DNA of 64,000 nucleotides. It comes from Octopus sinensis. Taxonomy: Eukaryota. The position numbers and the translations under genes are program-made. Location of the stretch: NCBI RefSeq assembly GCF_006345805.1, contig NC_043016.1, positions 28,396,001-28,460,000 on the forward strand, in the 5' to 3' direction. Below the pieces are notes generated by a model. It was given only the letters and a program-made list of their open reading frames with translations, did no database searches and was not told the origin of the DNA. Shown one piece after another: positions 36,410 through 48,460 of the stretch. Positions within the stretch are counted from its first letter, which is position 1. Each line of letters starts with the position of its first letter.

Positions 36410-39145
36410 TTAGAATTATTGAGTTATGATAGAGTACTTAAGCTCAGGCTAGTCTTGCAGAATAGTACAGCAACAATTATCCCTGCCTATGCCCTCCAGG
36501 TGGGGTTACCAAATGAATAGAAGGACCGCTTTTATGATATCCTTCTGCAGGCTACCTCAAAGACAAATGACAATGAACTCATCTTTATGGTTGGTGATTT
36601 CAATGGATGTGTTGGACAGCAGCCCAACATGACCCCCATGGAGTTCATGGAACTGGTTCCCAAAATGAAGAGGGAACAAGGCTACTGGAGTTCTGTGATG
36701 CAAATAACTTAATGATCTGTAATACCAATTTCAGGAAGCCAGCCAGTTACCTGCTTACCTATAAGTCTGTTAACCACGCTAGCCAGATTGATTACATTCT
36801 CACAAGACAGCAAGATACATGGTCGCTCATAAATACAAAGACCTTCCCTGGTGAAGAATGTACCCTCAGCATAGACTAGTCATCAGACTTCAGGCCAGAA
36901 GGTTGCCTAGAAGCAGAGCAATCTAGAAAAGAAGGATTTGGAAGTTTAAGGATCTTTTATATGGTCAGAAATTTAGGGACACTTTAATTGAGAAATTTGA
37001 TGAGGAGGAGGAACTACAGATTTGTAACATAAATAGCAACTGGGAATTCCTGCAGGACAGCTTGCTGAGTGCAACAGACCAAATCTGCAGCTGGTGCAAA
37101 GTCCCAACCAGAACTAGGGTGATGTGGTGGTGGAACAATGCTATAGACAAGGCCATTAGAGCAAAGAAACAGGCCTAGAAGAGTGGTAGTAGCAGGAAAT
37201 TATATCAGGTAGCTAGGAGGGAGGCTAGAAAACAAGTGTATTTAGCCAGAGGAGAAGCAAAGAGGAGGAAGTTTGCCAATGTTATGTATTTTGAGATCCA
37301 AAGACTTGAAGTATTTTGGATTGCAAAACAGTGTGTCAGAGAAAAGTGTGATGTGGTAGGAGAGAAATGTTTGCATGGATGGCAGGTCACTGGCAGTTAG
37401 TAACCCTGCGAAGAAGGAGGCTTGGAAGTGCCATTATGAAAGGCTACTAAATGTAGAGAACTCATGGGAGATGGTGAGTCTACCTAGTGTGGATTTAACA
37501 GAGGAACCAGCAATCTGAACAGACAATAGCATGGTAGACAAAGTCATGAAGGATATGAAAACCCCTGGCCCATCAAGAATAACTGCTGAGATGTTTAAAA
37601 TATCTGGTGGTGTGAGTTATGGTCTAGTTACCGGTATAGTTAATCAGGTTGTACCTAAAGAAGTCATACCCAATGATTGGTATAGCAGCACCAGAGTCAA
37701 CTGTTAGAAGAGCAAAGGTGACACTTTAGACAGAAATAATTACAGAGGTATCAAATCGTTGGATCAGTTGATGAAAGTTAAGGAGAGGATCATAGCCCAA
37801 CTAATTAAGGAGAGGGTTAGTCTAGATGAGAAGCAGTTTGGTTTTGTACCAGGGAGAAGCACCAATGATGCTATATTTCTGGTAAGGCAACTGCAGGAAA
37901 AGTATCTAGCCAAAGAAAAACCTCTGTACTTGGCTTTTGATGATATGAAGAAAGCCTTTGACAAGGTCCCCCCGATCCCTTATCTGGTGGTCAATGCAGA
38001 AACTAGGGACAGTTGGCGAAAGCTGTACCAGCCATGTACAGGGAAGCTGTCAGTAAGGTGAAGGTTAGCAATGAATTCAGGGTATAAGTAGGGGTTCACC
38101 AAGGATCAGTCCTCAGCCCTCTCTAGTTCATCATAGTTCTCCAGGCAATAACAGAAGAATTTAAGATGGGCTGCCCCTGGGAGCTCCCCTATGCCGATGA
38201 CCTTGTTCTTATAGCTGAATCATGACTAGAACTAGAGAAGTGGATAGTCCAAGAGCATAGCTGCATGAATAAGAATAGGCTGGGCAAAGTTCAGAGACCT
38301 CCTATCTCTGTTGGCAACAAAGAGTCTCTCCTTCAACTTTCAGAGTGAAAGGCTGACTGTATGATGCCTGTGTCTGAACAACTATGCTACACAGGGGCTG
38401 TGACCACTGAAGACATGTGTAGGCTTGAAAGAAATGAAGCTAGCATGCTTCATTGGATTTGCAATATCAGTGTGCATGTACGACAGAGTGTAAGCATCTT
38501 GAGAGAAAAGTTGGGCATAAGAGACATCAGATGTGGTGTGCAAGAGAGATGACTGCACTGGTATGGTATGTGACATACATGGATTAGAATAGCTGTGTAA
38601 AGAAGTGCTGGAGGGAACCTGTGAAGAGGTAGTCTTAGGAAGACATGGGACAAGATAGTGAAGCATGATCTTTGAATATTGGGCCTCATGATGGCAATGA
38701 CTAGTGACTAAGAACTTTGGTGATATGCGGTGCTTGAGAAGACTCATCAAGTCAAGTGAAATCACAGTTGTAGCTGATGCCAGTGTCACATATCTGGCAC
38801 TCACGCTGGTGGCATGTAAAAAGCACCTTTCTAGTGTAGGGTCTCGTTGAGGCAATGGCAAATGATCAAGACCTTTAAAAATATACTGTGCTTGAAAAGA
38901 AGACCCATCAAGCCAAATGAAATTGTAGTCATGGCAGATAGTGGTGTCATGCAACTGGCATCCATGCCAGTAGCATGTAAAAGCACTCAGTACACTCTTG
39001 GAATAGTTGGTGTTAGGAAGGGCATCCAGCTGTAGAAACAATGCCAAATCAGACTGGTGTTTGGTGCAGCCCCTCAGCTTGCCAGTCCTGGTCAAACTGT
39101 CCAACCAATGCCAGCATGGACAACGGACATTAAATGATGATGACA
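36410..39145 (+). mobile_element. Older, degraded RTE LINE related to the 17930 copy
   Basis: NEEGTRLLEFCDANNLMICNTNFRK, QFGFVPGRST, YADD, RLERNEASM; finger region deleted near 38240; tail ...gccagcatggacaacggacattaaatgatgatgac. Confidence 0.9.
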
Positions 39146-40555
39146 ACATTATAAATACAAGAATAATTGTCTGGTTTAGAAATTCCCTCCCTAAACATGT
39201 TTTCTTTTGTGGATAAAATTCTTTATTCCAAAAGTTCACCATCTAATGTGTCTTTTAGCAGGTAAAGCATGAGTTTTAAAAAAATTGGTAGTCATTTCTT
39301 GCAAGTTGAATGACCACTTAGAAGTTCTGTCATTTCACTGTAACTCAATTTTAAAAAAATCCATAGCCTTTCCATCACCAGAATTTATGGTCACTTGACC
39401 TGCCAGAAATAACAATCACATCTCCCTCGAATCACACCTTAACTTTTTTATTAAAAAAAAAAGGACTTGTTGAATAATTGTCATCACTGTCAATCCATCC
39501 AACTTTTATGTCCATTATTCCTGGAAGAGTTAAAGGAGTAAAATTCTTACGTACTACCTCCATAGGAAGACTCTATCAGAAGCAACTGTCATCACACTTT
39601 CTGGTTGGATTCCCAGGTATGAGCAACTGAGGCTATGGATATTATCCAACTGTCTTGTTCTTGGTCTACTCATATGTTTCTTGCCTACTGGCTTGAAGAA
39701 CCCATCTGGTGATTACCTCCTACAACATTCAAATCACATGACTGTAGTACTAGAGTTGAGATCTCTCAAAGCAGACAAACAGTGGCTCAGAGTGACTTTC
39801 TGAGCTCTGGGTTACTTTGTCAAATAATATTGCTCACAAGATCCTTTACAGAAACAACCATTTCAGCTGCTTGTATGCAGAATTGCATTCTTTTGATTAT
39901 TACTCAACAGAGAAAAAGATTGGATGGTCACAGATGGAATACTTTTTAGCGTAGATTTGGTGAGCCAAGTTTCACCTTGGGCTAAACACCATAATAACAA
40001 TCTGAAATGGTGAGAATGAATAAAACGATTTTTAAAAGCATATATTTTAACAATAATCTTGTTGAAGCTGCACTTTTTGAGAACAGAAGCAATTCATTTT
40101 CAAATTATCCTTAACCTCTGTAACAAGTGTAAAGAATGTAACAATTTAAGGAAAAATTAAGGGAAATACATTAACATAGGTACTCTCTGGGCTGTGATGT
40201 TAAGAACTTTACTTCTCACTTGACTAAGCAAAGTCTTACATGTAGAATTGGTAGAGAAAAAAACTGAAAGAAACCTATTGTGGATGTATGGATTAATGAA
40301 TGGATGGACTGGCTGAAGGAATAAAAAACATTGATGGACAGACATATGTATAAATGCATGTATTTATGTATATATAGGTGTTTGTGTGTATATATATTTG
40401 TGCTTTTTTAAAAATTGCTGAGCTTTAGGCAGTGACATTGTCATCATTTCTGCTGTCAATTGCAGCTTCAAAAGAATAACATATTCCTTGCTTGAAAAAC
40501 AGCTAAAGATTAGCAACAAGAACATCTAGCCATAAAACTATACTTTAATAATATA

Positions 40556-40948
40556 CTAGCAGTATCGCCCGGCATTGCTTGGGTTTGTTTTGACCCTTTA
40601 GAATTGGAATTTTTGAAAAGTAAAAATTTTGCATTATGTAGCTTGTTATTCTCTTTAAGTGAACATTTTTCTGGTTGAAATACACCGAAAAATGATGACA
40701 CAGTAGTAAAAAAATCGTAAAAAATAGGGATTTTCATAGAAAAAAAAGCACCTTTTTGATGTTAATAATTTTTGGTGTTAACATGGTCCGATTTGAATTT
40801 TTTCTTCTACGGAAGGAAGAGCAATCCTTCTTCTATTATACTTTTAATTTTGGTCAACTTACGCCGCAGGGTCTCGGAAGAGATAGTGTTAGTTGAAGGC
40901 TACCAAACCTGCCATACACAGACAACTTCAGCTTTATATATATGGAGA
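40556..40948 (-). mobile_element. Non-autonomous Helitron
   Basis: Minus strand 5' a|TCtccatatatataaagc and 3' cccaagcaatgccgggcgatactgCTAG|t, the same 3' end as the 28067 element. Confidence 0.78.
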
Positions 40949-41462
40949 TTAATCTACTCTGTACTAGCCTGAATAAACAAATATAGAAGTGAACAAAGAG
41001 TGAAATTAACATGTTAAACAAAAAACAAATAAAAAAAACCCCCAGAAATTCTCAAAAGGTAACTAGTCATATTTTATTGTTGGACATACCATATATGTAG
41101 TAGTCTTGGTTGTTTCATAAAATTTCATACTGGATTGTATAATTCCCCTTGAGAAATCTATAACTATCTCTTAATTATTACAGCATTTGGTAGCTGTAAA
41201 TATAACACTAATATCTCAAAACACAAATCTCTATAAAAATAGTTTGTATAAATGTTGGTTGGTTAGTTGATTGCTTGATTTTTTTTTTTTTGTCCAGTCA
41301 TGTTTTATATCAAATAGAGAGAGCAAAAGAGAGATACAGAGAGAGTTAATTTTAAGGGGTGCAAGATGCATGAAGAGAAAGAATCATAGAAACAGAAGAA
41401 AGGGAGTTAGAATGATAGAATAGTTATGGGAAGAATTATACAAATGAGAAATTTGTTTTATT

Positions 41463-41833
41463 CTTTACTCTCTTTTACTTGTTTCAGTCATTTGACTGTG
41501 GCCATGCTGGAGCTCTACCTTTCGTCAAGCAAATCGACCCTAGGACTTATTCTTTGGAAGCCTAGTACTTATTCTATTGGTCTCTTTTGCTGAACCGCTA
41601 AGTTACAGGGACGTAAACACACCAGCATCGGTTGTCAAACAATGTTGGGTGGACAAACACATACATATATATAACGGGCTTCTTTCAGTTTCCATGTACC
41701 AAATCCACTCACAAGGCTTTGCTTGGCCCGAGGCTATAGTAGAAGACACTTGCCCAAGGTACTACGCAGTAGGACTGAACCTGGAACCATGTGGTTGGTA
41801 AGCAAGCTACTTACCACACAGCCACTCCTACGC
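41463..41833 (-). mobile_element. SINE family A
   Basis: Reverse-complement copy with tail. Confidence 0.9.
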
Positions 41834-42277
41834 TTATTTAATATCATTTTAAAGTATTGAAAATAGGTGTTCATTTCATCATTCTGTATGTGCCAAGAAA
41901 TTTGATAAAAGTAAATTATAATTTGTGGTATGTATGCCATATTTTCTAATATTACTCAGAGGTATACTTTCAAAGTTACCTGTTATATGATAGGTAATAC
42001 TCTATAGTATATTAATGATACAACATAAATTTGAAAACAAAACAAAAATAAGGGCTACTTCAAAATATTTGAATTTAGTACCATATCACTTTATTCAGTC
42101 ATGGATATATGTAACTGATGGGTGTAACAAATGTACGTCAGGTTTCTACAATGTAATGGGTAAATGATATGGATGGATGACCATGGAATAAACGACAGAA
42201 GAAATACTGGTTTTTATTTACCATTACAAGTTGCACAATTACTTGAAATTGTTAATATATAAAGAGTGGTTAAGATA

Positions 42278-44040
42278 GTGAGCTGGCAGAATTGTTACCA
42301 TGTTGGACAAAGCACCTAGCAATATTTCTTTTGATTTTTACGTTCTACGTTCAAATGCTGCTGGGGTTAACTTTGTCTTCTTTCATCTTTTCTGGGTTGA
42401 TAAAATGAGTACCAGTTAAGGACTAGGATCAATGTAATCGACTTATCCCTCTCACGAAATTGCTGGCTTAGTACCAAAATCTGAAATCAATACATAAAAA
42501 CTGGTTCTTTTGTCCATTATGTTGGTATCAGTGGTCATTTTTGTTTACTGTTACATAGCTCACAAACATACAGACACACATCATATGAAACTTGAAATTT
42601 CGGAAAAAATTGTTATGAGTGTCATGTATGTGGGCGAGTCCACCAATATTTTTCGTATTAAATTCCGATATAATCGTAATCTACACCATCTGAAAGGTAT
42701 TTGTAGAAACTTTCAAAAACAAATACCCATTCTTCTGAAAGTTATGAGGAAACAAAGACAACTTTTAAAATTTTCAGAAACTTCCTTCCCCATCCTCAGA
42801 AAAATCTTTTCACAAAAAATTCCGATATAATCATAATCTGCAACATCTGAAGCATATTTGTTAAAAAAATCATTGGGAAATATCAATTTTTTTTGGAAGT
42901 TATTGAGAAACAAAGTCGTGGGGAGGGGGTACTTGTATAGGTATGCCGAATTTTATTTAATATATTACGTTGCTTTCGTTCTATAACGGTGGTGGGAGGA
43001 AGTCTGTTTTCAAAACGTGCGGCTTGAACAAGATTACCATTTCTTCCCTGCTCCCTGACACCTTATAAAATGTTGGAAGAGTGAACGGTTGACATCTCTT
43101 ATGTGTTTCTCATTAGCCAGTAAAAAATTAAAAATGCGTAAAGTCTCTAATTTTGGGGGAGAGGGCTAGTCGATTTATTTATCCTATCGATCCTTGGGGG
43201 TCACAAGAGGATGAAAGGTGAAGCCGATCTCAGCAGAATTTGAACTCGTAATGTAAAGAGCAGGAAAAATTGCTGCAAAGCATTTTTGTCCTCGAGGCTG
43301 AAGGTTCTGCTAACTCACCGCATTAAATAATAATGATTATACAGAAGACAGAAATATGTGGGAGTGTAGGAAGACGAGTTTGAACCCGGTCAGAAGTGAA
43401 AGCGAAGGGACATAACTAGCATCTTTAAACTTAAATATCGTGTAGTATTATCGAAATCGAAACGAAAAGGCGACTTATGTAACAATATTTACGTTAAGAA
43501 TTTCTCGAGCAGAAGTTGTGTATGTGTATGAGAGAGAGAGAGAGAGCAATCGATTATGTCGACCCTTTGCTCGCCTGTAACTTATTTTATTGATTGTGAA
43601 AGGATGAAAGTATTATCTACTTTAGTGGGATTTTAAATCAGAACTTAGGGTCATAACTTAATTTTTTTTCCCCTATAAGTACCGCAGAAGCAGGGATAAT
43701 ACAAAAATAAATTATTAAAAAATAAAAACGCGAAGGTTTAGATTCGAGGGTGACAAAAAAGACAAGTACGAAAGACAAATAATAATCATACATATTTCTA
43801 ACAGTCACAGGACCTCAAATTTTAAGTAGAACGTAAAGCCGGATGAAATGCCACCAAACATTTGTCCGGTGTACAAATGATTATGTCACCTCGGTAGATA
43901 AAAATCATTTCTAATATAGCTTCGTAGCTAGATATTGAAGGGGCAGGAGTCCCAGCACTTGACTGGTATTTCATCCGGAAGGATGGGAGGCAAAGTTGAC
44001 CTTGGCACAATTTGAAGTACACAATTAAATACCTTAAAGC

Positions 44041-44079
<39 letters not shown>

Positions 44080-44270
44080 TTCTAACACATGCTTAAGGTT
44101 AGAAATTTTGAGAGAGGAGTATTTATTTAATCGATTAAATTGACCACAAGACTTCACAGGTTTTTCCTTTTATCAATCTCGGAGTGATGCAAAGTAAAGT
44201 TGAACTCCGCCGGATTTGAACTCAAAACGGTTAAAGTGCCGGAACAAATTCCGCAGAGCATTTAGCCCGA
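42278..44270. mobile_element. Cluster of diverged SINE family B copies (about 42278-42490 +; 43160-43320, 43830-44015, 44130-44270 -)
   Basis: Recurrent gagctggcagaa head, gttcaaat B-box and ggatgaaaggc/aaagttgac central domain. Confidence 0.7.
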
Positions 44271-44342
44271 TGCTACACACACACACATATATATATATAT
44301 ATGTATATATACTTTATTTAAAGCAGCAGAAAATTCAACACA

Positions 44343-44492
44343 ATCTGTCACTCTGAGTTTCTCGTTGCCGTTCATCAAACAGTTTTAACAAAATCTGTTA
44401 CTCTGAGTTTCTCGTTGCCGTTCATCAGACAGTTTTTTCTAGCAAAATCTGTCTGATGAACGGCAACGAGAAACTCAGAGTAACAGATTTTG
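44343..44492. ncRNA. Three minimal hammerhead ribozyme motifs (two tandem on -, one on +) forming a palindrome
   Basis: + copy: caaaatctgt-CTGATGA(44453-44459)-acggcaacga-GAAAC(44470-44474)-tcaga-GTA(44480-44482)-acagattttg; minus copies at about 44343-44385 and 44390-44437. Confidence 0.75.
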
Positions 44493-44557
44493 TTGAATTT
44501 TCTGGTATTTGAGTACTCTTTTTTCCACCTTGTTTCACATTTATGTGTTTACTCCGG

Positions 44558-44609
<52 letters not shown>

Positions 44610-45126
44610 CTTCTAACAGAAGACAGCACCCTGCATTACATCCCTAAAGAGATTCTGTTGCTCCTGCAGGTGTAATAGGAAAATGTGCAACTTTGCAAAG
44701 AGTTCGGGAAGCTCTTCGCTCTCCTAGATAAAGCCAGTACGAGACTTAATAACAAACAGCTCCTTAACGACGCGATCAACGCAACATACACAAAAATAAT
44801 TAAAAGAAAAAACAGCCTCCATGAAGTATCTTGACAGGCTAGAAATAATAGCCAAAACTATCTAAAACTACACCTAGTTTCTTAAAAACAGGACTGTAAC
44901 GCAGTCCTTGGTGTGTGGAAGCAAGAAAAAGATGCTGTTGTTGATAGTGGAATGCTTCTGACCATAGATCGGCTGAATCAGAGCTGTGGTTAAACAACAA
45001 TTACCACATATCAATATAAATATAGTAATACTGCAGCAGCAGCAGCATTAGTAGTAGTAGTAGTAGCAGCAGCAATACTAGTAGTGGTGGTAGTAACGAC
45101 TGAAAGACTTGTCTGGGCTGGTTGGT

Positions 45127-45190
45127 TCACATGAATGTCACGTGCATGTGCAAAGAAAGTCCCGGATGCATTACGTCATCAACGGAAAGT
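45127..45190 (+). promoter_or_regulatory. Candidate promoter motif cluster upstream of the RAD6/UBE2A exon
   Basis: TCACATGA, GTCACGTG (E-box), CCGGATG (ETS-like), TTACGTCA (CRE/ATF-like) within 65 bp, about 700 bp upstream of the ATG. Confidence 0.45.
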
Positions 45191-45879
45191 AAAAACAAGA
45201 ACACATATACATACACACACACTGATATAAACATATACATACATATATATATATATATATACACACTGCAAAAATATAAATACACACAAATAAATGTAAT
45301 ACATATACTTTGTATGTGTGTCTGTACATACATGTATATATATGTATGCGTGTATATATAAATAAATATAGAGGGCTTTATACGTATCTATCTCTATACA
45401 TATATGTAACTAACAAGTACATATAACAAATATATGTATGGAATAAATAAACTAGATTAAAAATATAAATAAATAAATAAAATCAGAAAAAAACGGTGTT
45501 AGGAAAGTTCCAACATTTGTGGAAGAAGAAGAAGAAATATACAAAATCGTTGCTCAACAAAAAAACAAGCACAAAAGCATCAGCAGCAGCATCAGCAGCA
45601 GCATCAGTGAAGGCCAACAACAACAAAAACAACAACAACAACTAAAAAAAAACAGACTCCTAAGTGTGATTTAATCTCGTTCTTGGTAAAGAGGAATTTT
45701 TTCTTTTTTTTTAATATATATATATACGTATATATGTGTGTATATATATATGTATATATAACTGAATATTAAAGGGAAAAAAAAATAGACAAAACACTAT
45801 AACAACGACAATAACAATATCAAAGATAAATACAGAAATTAAGTAAAAGCTCCGGATAAGCCCCCCCTCCCCCCCAGAA

Positions 45880-45923
45880 ATGGCTACGCCGGCGAGGAGA
45901 CGATTAATGAGGGATTTCATGAG
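45880..45923 (+). CDS. UBE2A: First coding exon of a RAD6/UBE2A/UBE2B-family ubiquitin-conjugating enzyme
   Basis: ATG GCT ACG CCG GCG AGG AGA CGA TTA ATG AGG GAT TTC ATG AG|GTAAAA = MATPARRRLMRDFM(R), versus conserved MSTPARRRLMRDFKR; 44 coding nt then GT, matching the first intron position I recall for human UBE2A/B. Confidence 0.88.
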
Positions 45924-46116
45924 GTAAAAATTACACATATTTTCTTGCCATTTTAATACAAGATTTCTCTCTAAAATTATGTACATGTATATCTTGTCTC
46001 TGTCCTGTTTGATTTCTTCTTACTGTTAGAGTAAATGTTCAATATGGCTTCTACCATACAAAATATTACATATATGTATGTATGTATGTGTGTGTATATA
46101 TATATAAATATATATG

Positions 46117-46183
<67 letters not shown>

Positions 46184-46899
46184 GTAAATATATATATATG
46201 TCCCCTTTCTACACACACGCACACATATTTGTATATGAATAACGTTTCTCTCTCTATTTATATCCTTATTTATTCTATTATATAATTTACATAAATGTTA
46301 TTATGTGTATGTATATTTATTATCATATGTTGTATATACATTACTGTTCTTTGTTTTAACGACACATATATATACACGCACACACACATATTTATATAGA
46401 AATACATCTATGTAATACCTATGAATATATATAATATAATATATACACTATACTTATATGCACACTCATACTCTCATATGTGTGTTTGTATTTCCTTCCA
46501 TATATGTTTGGTCCATTCTCTGCTATTCCCCTCTCTAGAAACATCTTAAACCAAACATTCTATGTTCTTTATTCTATTTAAAATTCCTGTCTTGGACGAA
46601 AATAAAAGGTGAGCAGGGAGAGACATGCACACATTATCGTTGTTGTTATCCGAGGGCAGTTCATTCAGGGCAATATTATCGTCGTATGTGTTCCAGGCGT
46701 GACCATCTCTGTTCAATTATTTATTTTTTTTAAGACCTACACTTATCCCGATTCTGTGATGTACGATGATTAGGTTGCTATTTCTAACAGGTTGAATGAC
46801 ACAAACATACTCTTCACTAGTTTTATTACTAGTGTGTATAATATATATATATATATACAGACTCATGTCTCTGCGTATGTATGTAGTGTATATCGTGTA

Positions 46900-46932
<33 letters not shown>

Positions 46933-47077
46933 TGTGCGTATATTAGTATAAAATAAATATATATACGCGTGTGGATATATGTGTGTAATGTGTGTGTGTG
47001 TATATATATATGAAAATCTAGTTTATATATAGAATGTATGTATAAATGTAGTGTGTGTGTATATATAAATATGTGTA

Positions 47078-47120
<43 letters not shown>

Positions 47121-47168
47121 TATATATAATGTATAGTGTGTGGGGGTATACGAATACACACACACAAC

Positions 47169-47210
<42 letters not shown>

Positions 47211-47610
47211 TATGTATCTGTTGTGTGTGTATTCGTATGTCTGGCGTGTGTACTAAAAAAACCCCACAAAATGAAATTATAGCCCGAGGATTTTCCAATG
47301 GAGTGCAACAGTTCTAATACATTACATTCTTGTCTAATGATAACTTCAAGCGTAGTCTTAATGAGGGATGGGCACTATCAGGTTTTAGGTGGACAATGCC
47401 ATATGTTAGGAATCAAGTCAAGGACTGGAAATAATAAACTTAAAGCAATAACAATGCCAAAATATTATTTATTCTACCAGGTATTGAGTTCTCTCTGTTC
47501 TTGGTTTCACCATGTAAATGAACTCGCGTACAAAAAAACTTGACTAATATATATTATGTTATCAGCAAGCCATGATCACCACACACACTCATATATATAC
47601 ACTGAGTATG

Positions 47611-47646
<36 letters not shown>

Positions 47647-47649
47647 GCA

Positions 47650-48460
47650 CACAGGACCCTTGTGTCAACTGGGAAGTGGCTGTGCTTGAAATGCAGAAAG
47701 GGTGTAGATAGGAATTCCATATGGTATTAGCATTGTAAAACTGTGGGTACACAAAACGTGTACCACAGGCTTGTTGACAAGAGAAGAAAGACCTTCAGTT
47801 ACAGCAGATCCTCAATATTAGCAATAAAAGAACCTGTGAAATACTTTCTACTACTCAGACTTCCTAGGAATAGTTGATGGCTTCTGTTACCTAGGTGATC
47901 TAATTAACAGTGGAAGGGAGTGCTCTGAATACACAGTAGCCAGGGTAAGATGGGTTGTAAAAAGTTTAGGGAGCTGTTACCTTTGTTAGCAACAATGGGA
48001 TTCTCTTTCTCTCTCTCTCTCTCCCTCCCTCTCTGTCTGTGAATGGCAGATTGTATGATAATTGTGTATGAAGTGTGGTGTTACATGGTGGCTAAACATA
48101 GGCAGTGAATGTGGGTGTGTAAAGGGTTGGGCAGAAATGAAGCCAGCATGCTTTGCTGGATGTGTGGCAGTTAGTGAAAATGAAGGAAACTTTGTGGTAG
48201 TTAGTGTAAATGGAGGAGAACGAAAGACAAAAAAAAAAAAAAAAACTGGGTATAAGAAGGATCAGATGTGGGTAGAGGTATGTGATGTGTATGGAGGATG
48301 ACAGTTGAGTAAAGAAGTACCTAGTGATCCATGGGGGAACGAATATGTGGGAGAGGTGTTGGAGTCTGATTTCATGATGTGGAATCTCATCCAAGAAGCT
48401 TATGAAGGATCACAACAAGTGACAAGATGCTGAGGAGGAGAGGACTTGTGCAAGCATGGA
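47650..48460 (+). mobile_element. Highly decayed RTE remnant (finger and RT thumb region)
   Basis: Similar to 21110-21800: ttctgttacctaggtgatc, aagtttagggagctgttacc, agaaatgaagccagcatgc. Confidence 0.65.
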
